From contig NC_058368.1 of assembly GCF_018350175.1 (NCBI RefSeq), positions 57,848,001-57,912,000 on the forward strand: a stretch of 64,000 bases of DNA. The letters are read 5' to 3'. Positions 26,962 through 39,272 of the stretch are shown here, one piece after another. The position numbers and the translations under genes were made by a program. A model generated the notes under the pieces. It did no database searches. It saw only the letters and a list, made by a program, of their open reading frames with translations, and had not been told where the DNA came from. Every line of letters starts with the position of its first letter. Positions within the stretch are counted from its first letter, which is position 1. Source of the stretch: Felis catus. Taxonomy: Eukaryota.

Positions 26962-27534
26962 TGGCAGCATATGATTCCCTAAACAAGACTCAAAAAAGCA
27001 TAAAGCACAAAGTGAAATTAATTAATTTGATTACATTAATATAAACATATTCTCTAACAGTTTAAACAAAGTAAAAAGACAAGCTATACATTGTGAGAAA
27101 CAAAAGCCAGCTACAATCCATATGGCTAACAAAGAAGTCTATAAGGAACTCAAAAATTATAAGACATAGAAAGGATGCAGAATTCCCTTAAGCATCAAGG
27201 AAATATGTATTAAAAATAATTTAATGAAATTGTTCACTAGGCGAAAATTTACATTTTAAATTTTGCAAAATTTAAAAAATCTTACTAGTATTTTAATCTT
27301 ACTAGTATTTTTCTTTTTTAAAATATTAATCAAGGCAGTGCTTTAATTTCACTTGTATTCAACTGTATATCTATTTGTGCAGACTAAATTTATTGATAGT
27401 CACCATTTTGATTTTAATTACTAATGACGCCCAGTCATATCCTTTCGTCTCTATTACACACACACACAAGCACACACATGCATGCACACATGTACAGACA
27501 TACACATACACACAGAGAACTATTTTTTTATTTC

Positions 27535-27735
27535 CTTTTTAAAAATTTTTTAAAATGTTTATTTATTTTTGAGAGAGGGAGACAGAACACAAATGGGGGA
27601 GGGGCAGTGAGAGAGGGAGACACAGAATCCAAAGCAGTCAGCGCAGAGCCTGACACAGGGCTCAAACTCAAGAACTGTGAGATCATGACTTGAGCCAAAG
27701 TCTGATGCTTAACCAATTGAGACACCCAGGCACCC
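27535..27735 (-). mobile_element. Can-SINE, feliform type
   Basis: GAGAGGGAGACACAGAATCC...CACCCAGGCACCC. Confidence 0.93.
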
Positions 27736-28049
27736 TGCTTTTTTGATTTTCTAAACCAATGGTACATTCTTTCAACTCTATGATGTCTGCATTTTGTATC
27801 ATTTTAGGGAAGTTTTTATTTTTCAAAAGATCAGCTTTATCATTCATTTTTAAACTTTTCAGAACTTTACACTTACAAAATAATACTATAACCAAATCCC
27901 TAAGATTTGTGAATGGATGTGCAGGAATTGTGATGAAAACTGCACATTGTTTCAGCAGTTTGCCTCATTATCTACATCATCATTAAACTATAATTTATCT
28001 ACCTTAAAACAAAAATTAAACTACATCAATAGCAAAGACCCTTCTAGCA

Positions 28050-28700
28050 AATAAGCTGTTTCTCTGTCCTTCTTTATAATAAAAATCTCTGAAAAAATCT
28101 CTGAAAGGGAAGTCCATAATTATTTTTTCTTTTTTTCTTTCTGGAACCACTCCAATGAGCTATTTTTACAAAGAAGTTGATTGAATGAGATTTTGTCAAG
28201 GATAACAATCACCTGGAAATTATTACATCTAGTGGATAATTCTCACTCATATAATTTCACCTGCAAACAGTATTTGATACAGTTAGCCACACATTCCTTC
28301 CTGAACCATGTGGTTTTCCTTGTTTCCAGGATATCATACTCTGTTTTTCCTACCTTATTGGTTACTTCTTCCATTTCCTTTGCTAGATTCTCCTCATATC
28401 CATGTTACAACGTCTTAGAGCACAATCCTAGGTCCTTTCCTCTTGTCTTTCTTATCCAATCTCAAAGCTTTAAACATTATCCATAAATTAACAATTGTAG
28501 ACTATATTTTTACTGAACTTTTCCCTCGAATTCCAGACTCATTTATCAAAGTGCTACTAGATTTGTATTTTGATATCTAATAAACATCTCAACTTAAACC
28601 TGTACAAATCCTGATACAATGTCCCTGTGCCCAAATTCTTCTTAAATTTTATCCAACCTAATAAATTACAATTTCAAATTTCTAATTCCACAGAGCTAGT
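28050..28700 (+). mobile_element. L2 LINE relic
   Basis: CAGTATTTGATACAGTT...TTCCAGACTCATTTATC...TAATAAACATCTCAACTTAAAC are L2-like; boundaries approximate. Confidence 0.6.
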
Positions 28701-29119
28701 CTGCTTCATTTTGTCCTCATTACAAATAACAACGCTGAAAAGTTAGTTTTTACAATCATTTAGTTTCTATTAGATGGCATAATATATCACTCTTTGAAGT
28801 AGTAGTAAGCACTACTGATTATCTTTTTTATATTTGTTTGTTTGTCTTGATGATTTTCATATCTCCAGGCATCTGGAATACAAAGGACATTTAAAATTGT
28901 TCCTAATTATTTATAATATACTTAGTGTTTTTTATCTTGTGCTGTGTATTCAATTCTGTTAGTTTTTCCCCTGATGTTATTATTTTTAAAAACCGCTTAC
29001 CAAAATTAAAAGTACTTAGCTTTTTATAATGTTCTGTTTATAGTTGCGGTGGCTCTTTCATATCAGTGGAAGACTTTTTTTAAACATTTGCAGATTAGTT
29101 GTACATATAAATTTGTTAT

Positions 29120-30732
29120 TAACATATGGGAGCACCTAAATACATAAAGCAACTGTTAACAGACATAAAGAAAGAAACTGACAGTAATACAATAATAGTA
29201 GGGAACTTTAACACCTCTCTTACATCAATGAATACATCATCCAGTGAGAAAATCAACAAGGAAACAGTGACTTTGAGTGACACATTAAACCAGATGGACC
29301 AAAAAATATATACAGAACATTCTGTCAACAGTGGAATATACCTTCTTTTCAAGCGCACAACGAACATTCTCCAGTATAGATCACATGTTTGGCCACTAAA
29401 AAGTGTCAACAAATTTTTAAAAATTGAAATCATATCACACCACTTGCCAAATGACCATGGCATAAAACTAGAAATCAATCATAAGAAAGAAAATCTGGAA
29501 AGAATGCAAATAATAGAAACTAAATATACTACTAAACAACAAATGAATCAACCAAGAAATCAAAAGGAAATTTTAAAAATACATGGAGACAAATGAAAAT
29601 AAAAACACAACAGTCCAAAATATTTGGGACACAGCAAAAGCTGTTCTAAGAGAGAAATTTATGGGAATATAGCCTACCTCAAGAAACAAGAAAAATAAAC
29701 AATCTAAACTTATACCTAAAAAAGCTAGAAAAAGAAAAATAAACAACACCCAAAGTCAGCAAGACAACCTACTAAATGGGAAAAGTTATTTGCAAATGAT
29801 ATATCTGACAGGGGGTTAATATACAAAATACATTAAAAAACTTAAACAACTTAACACCAAAAATTTAAATAATCTGATTTAAAAATGGGCAGAGGATGTG
29901 AATAGACATTTTTTCAAAGAAGACATACAGATGGCCAACAGGTGCATGAAAAAATGTTCAGTCACTAGTCATGAAGGAAATGCAAATCAAAACCACAATG
30001 AGACATCACCTTACACCATCAGAATGACTAGAATCAAAAAGACAAGAAATAACAAATATTGGCAAGTATATGGAGAAAAAGGAAACCTCATGCTCTCTTG
30101 GTGGGAATGCAAACAGATGCAGCCACTGTCAGTATGGAGGTTCCTCAAAATATTAAACGTAGAAATACCATATTATCCAGTAATTCCACTACTGGGTGTT
30201 TACCCAAAGAAAACAAAAACACAAATTTGAAAAGATACATACACTGTCAGGTATGGAAGCAACCCAAGTGTCTCTGTCTCTCTCTGTTTCTGTCTCTGTC
30301 TCTCTCTCTCTCTCTATAACATACATATCATGAAATATTACTCAGCAACACAAAAAAGAAATCTTGCTGTTTGCAACAACATGGATGGACCTAGAGAGTG
30401 TAATGCCACATGAAATATGTCAGACAGAGAAAGATAAATATAATATGATTTCATTCATATGTGGAATTTAAGAAACAAACAAAGAACAAACAGAAAAAAA
30501 GAAACAAACAAAAGAACAGACTCTTAAATACAGACTACACAGGAGGATTTGCTAGAGGGGAGGTGGATAGAAGGATGGGTGAAATAGATAAAGGGGATTT
30601 AAGAGTACTCTTATTGTAATGAGCACTGAGTAATGTATAGAATTGTTGAGTCATTATATTGTACACCTGAAATTAACATTAACAATGTATGATAAATATA
30701 CTTCAATTTTTTTTAAAAAATGAAAAAAAAAA
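29120..30732 (+). mobile_element. Carnivore L1, 5'-truncated and internally deleted (ORF2 endonuclease fused to ORF2 C-terminus/3'UTR)
   Basis: ORF 29126-29596 gives GAPKYIKQLLTDIK...IIVGNFNT. ORF 29898-30230 gives NRHFFKEDIQMANR...IPLLGVYPK. A 3'UTR and A tail follow. Confidence 0.95.
29126..29596 (+). pseudogene. Decayed L1 ORF2 APE-type endonuclease fragment
   Basis: The GDFN motif reads GNFN and SDH reads NDH. The frame breaks afterwards. Confidence 0.9.
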
Positions 30733-31195
30733 GAACAAGAAAGGTATTCAATGCCTCAGAATTTGAAATTGTAGCTAGAATTGACATAGGAGATTTAAGT
30801 GAAAAAAAATATATATGGGTTATTAAAATTCAGCCAACCCTATGATCTCCTGACAGAACTTAGGGATTTGACTGTGCAGTGTAGGCCCTCAGAAATATCA
30901 AATCAAATTTAAGAAACTAATGTATGGAAATTAACTTATGTGTAGATTGTAATTTTTGTTTCCTTATAATAGAGCTGTTACTCAAGAACCAGGCTAATGT
31001 CTGTGCAGGAGAGGGCCATGTGGAAGTAGGAAGAGGAGTTTAATTCACAGACTGATGGTGAGGAGGGAAGAAAAAAAAATAAAGCTAAGTGAAGGAACTC
31101 AAAAATTTCCTACAATAAATAAATTTAGCTTCAAATACTGTAAAGTGTCATCCCTTTAGAAAAGTTTCAGACACTACTCTGAACTATAACCCTGA

Positions 31196-31406
31196 TTTTT
31201 TTTAAGTTTATTCATTTATTTCAAGAGAAAGACAGAGAGAGAGCATGTGGGAGAGGCAGAGAGAGGGGGAGAAAGAGAGTCCGAAGCAGGATCTATGCTG
31301 TCAGTGTAGAGCACGATGTGGGACTTGAACTCATGAACCATGAGATCATGACCTGAGCTGAAATCATGAATCCGATGCTTAACAGACTGAGCCACCCAGG
31401 AACCCC
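31196..31406 (-). mobile_element. Can-SINE
   Basis: Antisense head CTGAGCCACCCAGGAACCCC. Confidence 0.94.
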
Positions 31407-32123
31407 TAAATTTTGTTGAACTTCAGCTAGAGATAAAATCACTGTAATTCATAAAATAAAAAGTAAGGAAGTCAAATCAAGCTAGCAAGGAGTTGAAAAA
31501 ATGTGATAATTTTAATATATTTATGCAATAATTGAAGATTTTAAAAGTATATACTATGTCACCTATAAATACAAATAAGTCATATAATTTAACCTCAAGA
31601 AATATCTCAAATCAAGGTAAATCTGTGGACAAATTTGTTTGTTTTAATCATTCTTATAGAAAATACATTTTGATTTTATCAGAGTTTAAAAATTAAATGA
31701 TTGTATAAGCCTGGGTCTACTTTAGTGTTCTATTCCAATGACCTATTTTTTTATCCTTATGCAAGAAACTCCCTCTGTCTAGATTATTGGTAAGTTTATA
31801 ATCAGGTACTGGTGTTCTAACTATGTTCTTTTTCAAGATTGCATTAGATAATCTAGGTCATTTACATTTTTGTATACATTTTATATTCTGTTTATAAGTT
31901 TACAAAAAAGGCCAACTGTAATTATAAAAGATTTAATTGAATATGTAGAATGATTTGGGATAACGTTCCTCTTAACAATTCTGTCTCATCACGTAACCAT
32001 GGTTTATTTTCTCATTTATTTAGGCTTTTTGCTGTGCAAAATTTTATAGGTTTCGATGTATTATTGTTATATATCCTCTGTTAAAGGTATTCTTTCTTGT
32101 ATTTTTGATGCTGTGAATGAATA

Positions 32124-32507
32124 CAATTAAGTCACCCTCAGCAAAATGACTTTTGGCTGAACTGTTAAACATTTTTCAAGTCAACAACCAGTAAAAGCTC
32201 AACTGTACTGACTGGGTGGGATCAGTGGAACTCTTACACTACACATATTTTTATTGCAGTCCCATGCTATACCTATTCCCTTGCATCTGACATTGTCAGA
32301 GAACCCTTTTGTTGGTGGCCCATGTCTCTCTTCCAGGGAATGATCTTGTTTTGCCTATCCCTGCATGAGAAGTAAACCTGTATAAGCCTTGTAAATGCTG
32401 CTTTGGTGCAGTGTGTTTTCACATCCCATAATTTAAAACGGGGAAGGGATGTTGCACAAAGCTGTCACCTCAGCAAAGGATGGGTGGTACCCTAAGAGAC
32501 TTTTCTG
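32124..32507. mobile_element. Unidentified insertion, putative non-autonomous TcMar-type element
   Basis: TA on both sides; weak terminal inverted similarity; interrupts L1 sequence. Confidence 0.45.
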
Positions 32508-33266
32508 TAAATAAAATACTTCTCATAAGTTTCATATTCCATTAGCTTGCCAAACATATATAAAAATTGCAATTAGTTTTGTGCGCAATCTTATAGCTTT
32601 GCTGAATTAACATTCTTTTCTAGTTTTTGTTTTGTAGATAGCTTAACCATTTTTTCTGTAAAATAATCATGTCATCTAGGAATACAGACAGTTTTATTCA
32701 CTCCGTTCTGAACTTCCTTAAATCTCTGGTTCAAGTATCCAATACAGTGTTGAACAGAAATGGGGAGAGCAGACAGCCTGGTGTTATTTTCAACTCGACG
32801 GCTCCATTTTTTTCAATATTCTACCATTAAGTAAGTATATTGGTAACTGTAGAGCTTTTATTTTCTCATGTCTCATTAGCTCTCTTTTTCTTTAAACTAC
32901 ACTTGAATGTCTGGAATACACTTCTATTGGTCATCATATATTGTTCATTTTATGTATTGCTAGAGTCTATTTGATATTTTGCTGTTCTGTGTTTATAAGT
33001 TATTTCATAATTTTTTTTACAAGTTTTTGTTAGGTGTTTTATAAAGATTACATTGGTCTCAAAAACAATTTAGGAATGTTTCCTTCCTTTAGCTGGAAAA
33101 GTAAGATTGGTGTCATTTCTTCAGATTTATTGAAATTGTAATTTACCAATGAAATCAATGTTTTTAATTTCTTTAAGGGAAGCTTTTGGGAATGAATTCG
33201 ATGTATTTTACAAACATTCTTCAGGTTTTTATGAATCACATGTTAGTTTTGGTCATTATAATTTTT

Positions 33267-33473
33267 TTTTCAACGTTTATTTATTTTTGGGACAGAGAGA
33301 GACAGAGCATGAACGGGGGAGGGGCAGAGAGAGAGGGAGACACAGAATCGGAAACAGGCTCCAGGCTCTGAGCCATCAGCCCAGAGCCCGACGCGGGGCT
33401 TGAACTCACGGACCCCGAGATCGTGACCTGGCTGAAGTCGGACGCTCAACCGACTGCGCCACCCAGGCGCCCC
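33267..33473 (-). mobile_element. Young felid Can-SINE (SINEC_Fc-type)
   Basis: CpG-rich; perfect 17-bp TSD TGGTCATTATAATTTTT (33250-33266 / 33474-33490). Confidence 0.98.
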
Positions 33474-34216
33474 TGGTCATTATAATTTTTAATATGAAAA
33501 CGGTCTGATTTATTGGCGTAATTCCCTTTATAACATTCTTGTAAAATTTTCTATGTATTGAATCTGCATAGAGATTTCTTTTTCGTGGCTGCCGCTGGCA
33601 GATGTGTTCTCTCTCTGTGTTCCTGATTACTCTAAGATTTATCAATGTTCAACTTTTCAAGAGTCATATTTTGTGGCACTTGATTTTCTCCACTGTCTAT
33701 TTTGTATCACTGACTTTTCAGTCTTAACCTTTACTATTTTCTTCATTTTATTTTGCCTGGGATTTATTTTGTTTTTCTTTTCCTAGCTTTCTAACTTGGA
33801 CAGTTATACCACTGTGTTTGATTTTTCTTCCTTTCTAATATAAGCTTTTTTAAACTGGAGATTTCCCCGTAAGAATGTTTTTATCTATATTCCACAATTT
33901 GGATGCCTTATTTTTCTTATAATTCAGTTTGAAATAGTTTTTAAATATCTCATATGATTTTCTTATGACCTACTATTTATTTGGAAGTGTGTTATGAAAT
34001 TACAGTGGTTACTGTGCTTAGGATATTTTACTTTTGGTGGTGTCCAGTTACTCTGTCATGGGCTTGGACATGGATTAAGTTTGGCTTTTACTGCTCAGAA
34101 ATTACACTTCTTTAATTTGTCTGTCATCCATCTGGAAAATTCTCAAAAAGAATCATTGCTTTTTTCTAGTTTTTCAGAATTCATATTAAATATTTGTCAA
34201 ATTTGTGATTTAAACT

Positions 34217-34347
34217 TGTATTAATCTCCTGGTACTGCCATATAAAATTACCACAAACTTGGTGGCTTAAAACACAGGAATTTATTCTTTCATATGTTTT
34301 GGGGCCGGAAATCTGATCAAGGTGTGGTCAGGACTACATAGCTCCTA
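34217..34347 (-). mobile_element. MaLR (MLT1) LTR 3' fragment
   Basis: TGTATTAATCTCCTGG...AATTACCACAAACTTGGTGGCTTAAAACACAGGAATTTATTC. Confidence 0.8.
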
Positions 34348-34699
34348 GAAGAGGCCTTATAAACTTTAAACCATCAGAGTCCAAGGAGAATTCAAATGTT
34401 TGCTATGACGTATCTAGTCTAGCTATCCTGTCATGGGGTGTATTCCACAAATTAGTGTCTCTTGGCCAAAATGTTTGGGCATCCCTATGTAGATATTTTA
34501 TCTCCTGGTCCTTGGTATAGTGCTCCAGGTATCTCAATAATTTTCCCCATTTCTGATGGCAAATGGCCAGTACCAGAATTTCTAAAGTATGTTAAATTTA
34601 AATCCCACTGTAAAATCTAATTAGAGGAGTGAACCACGTTTACTACAGCAAAAACCTAGAATAATTTTGATTTCATATATTTAAGAGTACTTTAAATTT

Positions 34700-34901
34700 C
34701 TTTTTTTTTAATGTGTATTTATATATGAGAGAGATACTGAGAGTGGGGGAGGAGCAGAGAAAGGGAGACCCAGAATCTAAAGCAGGCTCCAGGCTCTGCA
34801 CTGTCAGCACAGAGCCTGATGTGGGGCCAAACTCATAAACCTTGAGATCATGACCTGAGCTGAAGCCGGATGCTTAACTGACTGAGCCACCCAGGCGCCC
34901 C
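34700..34901 (-). mobile_element. Can-SINE, feliform type
   Basis: TSD AGTACTTTAA(A/C)TT. Confidence 0.95.
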
Positions 34902-35042
34902 TAAAGTACTTTAACTTCTTAATACAACAGATGTCTATGGGCTAAAAATAAATTTTGTGGTTGCAAGTTTATGGTGTTTTTTATCCCACTTCATCAATTT
35001 CATCACCTTTCCTAGAAATATCAAAATTTAATTTTCATTGTA

Positions 35043-35447
35043 TGTTGCAGGGAGTGTGGCCAGAGTCGCAAAAGATGAGTCCACAAAGTGCAGTTAAGTG
35101 AAGGTCCTCATAGTCCAGTGAGAATGAGGCCCCGACTCCAGAATGAAGCTTTTTTTATTAGGATAATTGCTAAAGACTACATGCATGAAGTCAGCTAAGC
35201 AAGTGTGTTAATCAACCTAATGGTTTAGCTTCTCAAGGTTGAATTTTGAGTTAATTGGTTTCTATAACACTAAGAAGGGTCAGGTGTGAAGGAGGATCCG
35301 GCCCTGGACAATGTTAATAGTTCCAGGCGTTCCTTACAAGCCGAAGCCTCGTTCAGCTGTGTAAACATGTCCTAAGGCCTTGCACCTTCTCCAGCCCTTC
35401 CCTTTTGAAGTCTTTTCCTTTGATGCTTCTCTCCTGCATCTCCCACA
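35043..35447 (-). mobile_element. Solo LTR with 6-bp TSD (ERV2/betaretrovirus-like)
   Basis: TG...CA ends; ATTGTA at 35037-35042 and 35448-35453; minus-strand AATAAA at about 35154-35159. Confidence 0.75.
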
Positions 35448-36479
35448 ATTGTAGCACCTACAGTCTCAGACTCTCGCCCATACCACAATTGTACTTACTG
35501 GTTTCCTATGATTTTAGAGCCTAAGTCTGACTCATGACAAGGCTTTAAGTCAGAAGTCTAATAATAATAATCATGCAGTAAGAGAGGGAGAATATTATTC
35601 CCTCAAGTTCATGTAATAATTCAATCCAAGGTGTATCTGGGAATTTATTGTACTTTAAACTACAACAAACCAAAAAAAAACAAAAACAAAAACAAAAACA
35701 AAAAACAAACCCTCACAATGTATTTCAGAAAATTGGAATTTCCTTAGGATAGTATTACAGTAAAAAAAGACAAATCTGATGCTAATTTTTTTAAGTGCAA
35801 AAAGGAGTGGGATTTTGGAAAGAAAACACTAAGTGAACAAATCTGTAAAATTTCTTTTGAAATATATCCTTATTGTGCCCTTTTACACTTTGCTGCTGCT
35901 AAAATGTCTCATCTGTTCCCTAATTTTCTCTTTCTCACTGTTACCCCTCCCTTACTCTTTTCTCTTTCTTCTACTCCCTGATGTGTCTCCCTCCTCTGCT
36001 CATAATCGCTAAGGCATTATTGTTTCCAAATACTAACCCTCCTAACTATTGCACATGCTCACTTGGAAAACATTGTCTTTCTCCTAACATTTTCATTTTC
36101 TTTTGAGAAGTGTCCTATTGGAATTTAGTGATTAAGTCATCTATTCTGTTTTACACATAAACACTAAAGTCTTTTCTTTGACTTTTTTTTTTTGAGCTGC
36201 CAGCAACATTATCCCATGCATTTGCATAGATTTCTTGCTCCATAAACCAATTTATAAAAGTCTCATTATTTAAGAACATACTGTACATCAAAGAAGTGTC
36301 CGTGAGTACTAGCAGATGATTTATAAAAATGTAAGGATAAAATGAATTATAGAGGATCTACAACACATGTTTCATGCTGATTTTAATGGTTGAATGGGAA
36401 TATTGCATTGCTTACTTGGAATAACTCATTCCTCCTGTGGGTCACATCAATGATTATTTATGGGAATTTTCAAAAATTA

Positions 36480-37030
36480 AGTACTTTTTAGAGAAGTGTA
36501 AGGTTCACAGCGAAATCAAGGGGGAGGTACAGAGCTTGCCCATATACCTCTTGTCCCCACAGATACATAGTCTCCCCCATTGTCAACATCCTCCACCAGA
36601 GCAGTACATTCGTTATAATCAATGAACCTACATGAACACATCACAATCATCCAAAATCTATTTAAATTAGAGTTCACTCTAGATGCTGTATATTCTCCTG
36701 GCTCAGACAAATGTATTCACCATTATGGTGTCATACACAGTAATTTCACTGCTCTACAAATTCTCTCTGCTCCATTTATTTCCATCCCACCAACCATTAG
36801 CAACTACTACCTTGTCACTATCTCCTGCCTTTTCTAGGATGCTATATAGTTAAAATCATACAGTAGTAGCCTTTTCAGATTGGCTTCTTTCATTTAGCAA
36901 TATGCATCCAAGTTTTGTGTATGCTTTTTCATGGCTTGATAGCTCATTTCTTTTTATAGCTAAATAATATTTCATTGTCTGGATGTAATGAAGCTTATTA
37001 TTTGTCTATTCACTTACTGAATGACATTTT
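36480..37030 (-). mobile_element. L1MC1-like 3' end
   Basis: AGGTTCACAGCGAAATC...GTACAGAGCTTGCCCATATACC...CAATGAACCTACATGAACACATC; same family as the copy at 14850. Confidence 0.85.
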
Positions 37031-37239
37031 GATGCAATTTTTATTATTCATATATATTTTAAAGACTGTCACCACTTATAATGTTTCTAGTCTACAGACA
37101 ATTGAAACAATTCTGAAATGTTTTTACTATTTTCTGGAGAAATTGAAACCACCTAAAAAATAGTGTAAATCTAATAATACTATGGTTTTGTTTACAAGAT
37201 CATCATTCTTTCAAAAAGAGAATGACAAAAGTAATTTTT

Positions 37240-37460
37240 TAAACTTTTTAAATGTTTATTTATTTTTGAGAGAGAGAGAGAGAGCGATAGAGCATGACTA
37301 GGGGAAAGGGCAGAGAGAAAGGGAGACCCAGAATCCAAAGCAGGCTCCAGGCTCTGAGCTGTTAGCACAGAGCCCGATGTGGGGCTCGAACCCACAAACC
37401 ATGAGATTATGATCTGAGCCGAAGTCAGACACTTAACCGACTGAGCCACGCAGGTGCCCC
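37240..37460 (-). mobile_element. Can-SINE, feliform type
   Basis: TSD GACAAA(A/G)GTAATTTTT (37224-37239 / 37461-37476). Confidence 0.96.
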
Positions 37461-37493
37461 GACAAAGGTAATTTTTAAATGGTTTTAATTTGG

Positions 37494-37667
37494 AGGGCAC
37501 CTGGGTGCCTCAGTCAGTTAAACATCTGACTCTTGATTTTGGCTCAGATCATAATCTCACAGTTTGTGAGTTTCAGCCCTGCATCAGGCTCTCCGCTGAC
37601 AGTGCAAAGCCTGCTTAGGATTCTCTCTCCTTCTCTCTCTGCCCCTCCCCTGCTAATGCGCGCGCGC

Positions 37668-37703
<36 letters not shown>

Positions 37704-37730
37704 AATAAATAAATAAACATTATAAAAATA
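37494..37730 (+). mobile_element. Can-SINE
   Basis: TSD 37477-37493 vs 37731-37747 (14/17 match). Confidence 0.95.
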
Positions 37731-39091
37731 AAAGGGACTTAATTTGGGAATAGTCAAATTCTGAATGTGTTGACAAAAAGGTATAAAATGTGATAACATA
37801 TAGTTATATTTTTATCATTCACAGGTAATTTTTTTCACATTTTTTGGCTTTCTACAGATCCTATACATACCTTTAACTCTTTTCTCAAATAAGAGTTACA
37901 TTAGAATCTTCTACAAGTTTACTTCACAAAAAGAACTAAAAAGTTACAAATCATGTGTTTTCCTACATTGCAGATCTGCTGAGGGTATACCATTTAATCT
38001 TTTAAAAATAACACTTGATGTTTTTACAAATGAGTTCTTAGTAAATTTTTATTTTCTCCAATAAGAGTAAAAATTGTAAATATTTCATAGATTCCTCACA
38101 TGATGTTATTATTACTAATATCAAAAATTCTGCAAAGACACTATTTAAGGAAGTATGTACAATGAAAAGGTTAGATTTCACTGTTAAAGCTTTGTTACAA
38201 TTACATTAAAATATAGTGTGCTTAGTTGATAGTTAACATTTTATTGTAGTTGTTTTGCACCTTGTTGATCTGGAAACTGATATTTCAGCATTCTAGAATG
38301 GGTTACTTCACAGTTTATAACATAATCTAATATTTATCACATTATACATGTACATCATTCTACCTCTTCAAAAATAGTTTTTATTACCAAATAATAACAC
38401 TTTTTGAGTGTAGAAAATATCATGAGATTTGTGGGATGAATTAACTGCCTTGCAAATGACATAAGAAATGTCACATTTTATGATTCAGAGTTAACAAGAT
38501 CTAAAACATGGTATGCCACAATTTTCACAGTGCATTATAGGAATATTTTATTTGAGTGTATTTTAGGTTTTTATGATTAAATTTCAAGGCATCAGCAAAA
38601 AGTGTCTTTCTAGCAAATTTTAGAAGTGATTTCATCAAGATTAATCTAAATATTAAGATCTAAGATGTTTTTACATCACATGCATGAGAAAATATCAAGG
38701 AATGTGTTTGGTATTGTATATCTGAAATATACCCATTTCTTAGTTTTTATAACTTTTTTAATCCTTCATTGCCCAGTGAGATATTTATTATATATTTTAT
38801 TTTTTCTAAAAGATAGTGACAATTATCTGAGGTGTTCTGAAGATATTTCTGCATACTGAAAACTTCATGCATCCTCAGAATTCCATAAATGTGAGGCACA
38901 TAAAATCTATTAGAACTCTGTTTATATAAATTGGTTTTATCAAGGAGATTTTTACATTGTTTTTGATTATCTTATTTTTGAAAAATCATGTCTGAATGAG
39001 AAATGTATTATGCAGTGTAACTACAATAACACTTTCCCTTTAATTTCCTTAATATTTCAACTGAAGGCATTTAATAAAAGGAATAGAACTC

Positions 39092-39272
39092 GGGGCACTT
39101 GGGTGGATCAGTAGGTTAAGCATCTGACTCTTGGTTTTGGTTTAGGGTACGATCTCAGGCTGCCAGCACAGAGCCTGCTTGGGATTCTCCATACCCCCCT
39201 CTTTCTACCCCTCTGCCACTCATGCTGTCTCTGTCTCTCTCAAAATCAACTTTAAAAATTAAATAAATAAGA
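39092..39272 (+). mobile_element. Can-SINE with internal deletion of the B-box region
   Basis: GATCTCA runs directly into GGCTGCCAGCACAGAGCC. Confidence 0.9.

Larger units (their letters stand above)
31700..34000 (-). mobile_element. Ancient L1 ORF2 relic, interrupted by a 384-bp insertion and a young SINE
   Basis: Antisense ORF2 motifs such as TTCTTTTTCAAGATTG, CAATACAGTGTTGAACAGAAATGG and TTTCTTCCTTTCTAATATAAGC. Confidence 0.7.

Noticed and set aside
27278..27311. 17-bp tandem duplication; similar short duplications near 17300, 22155, 23790 and 28081
   Set aside because: Ordinary slippage duplications; no repeat-spacer (CRISPR-like) structure
34350..34620. Minus-strand frame containing TFWPRDTNL, reminiscent of gammaretroviral Gag matrix
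   Set aside because: Only a 4-residue resemblance; needs tBLASTn or HMM support
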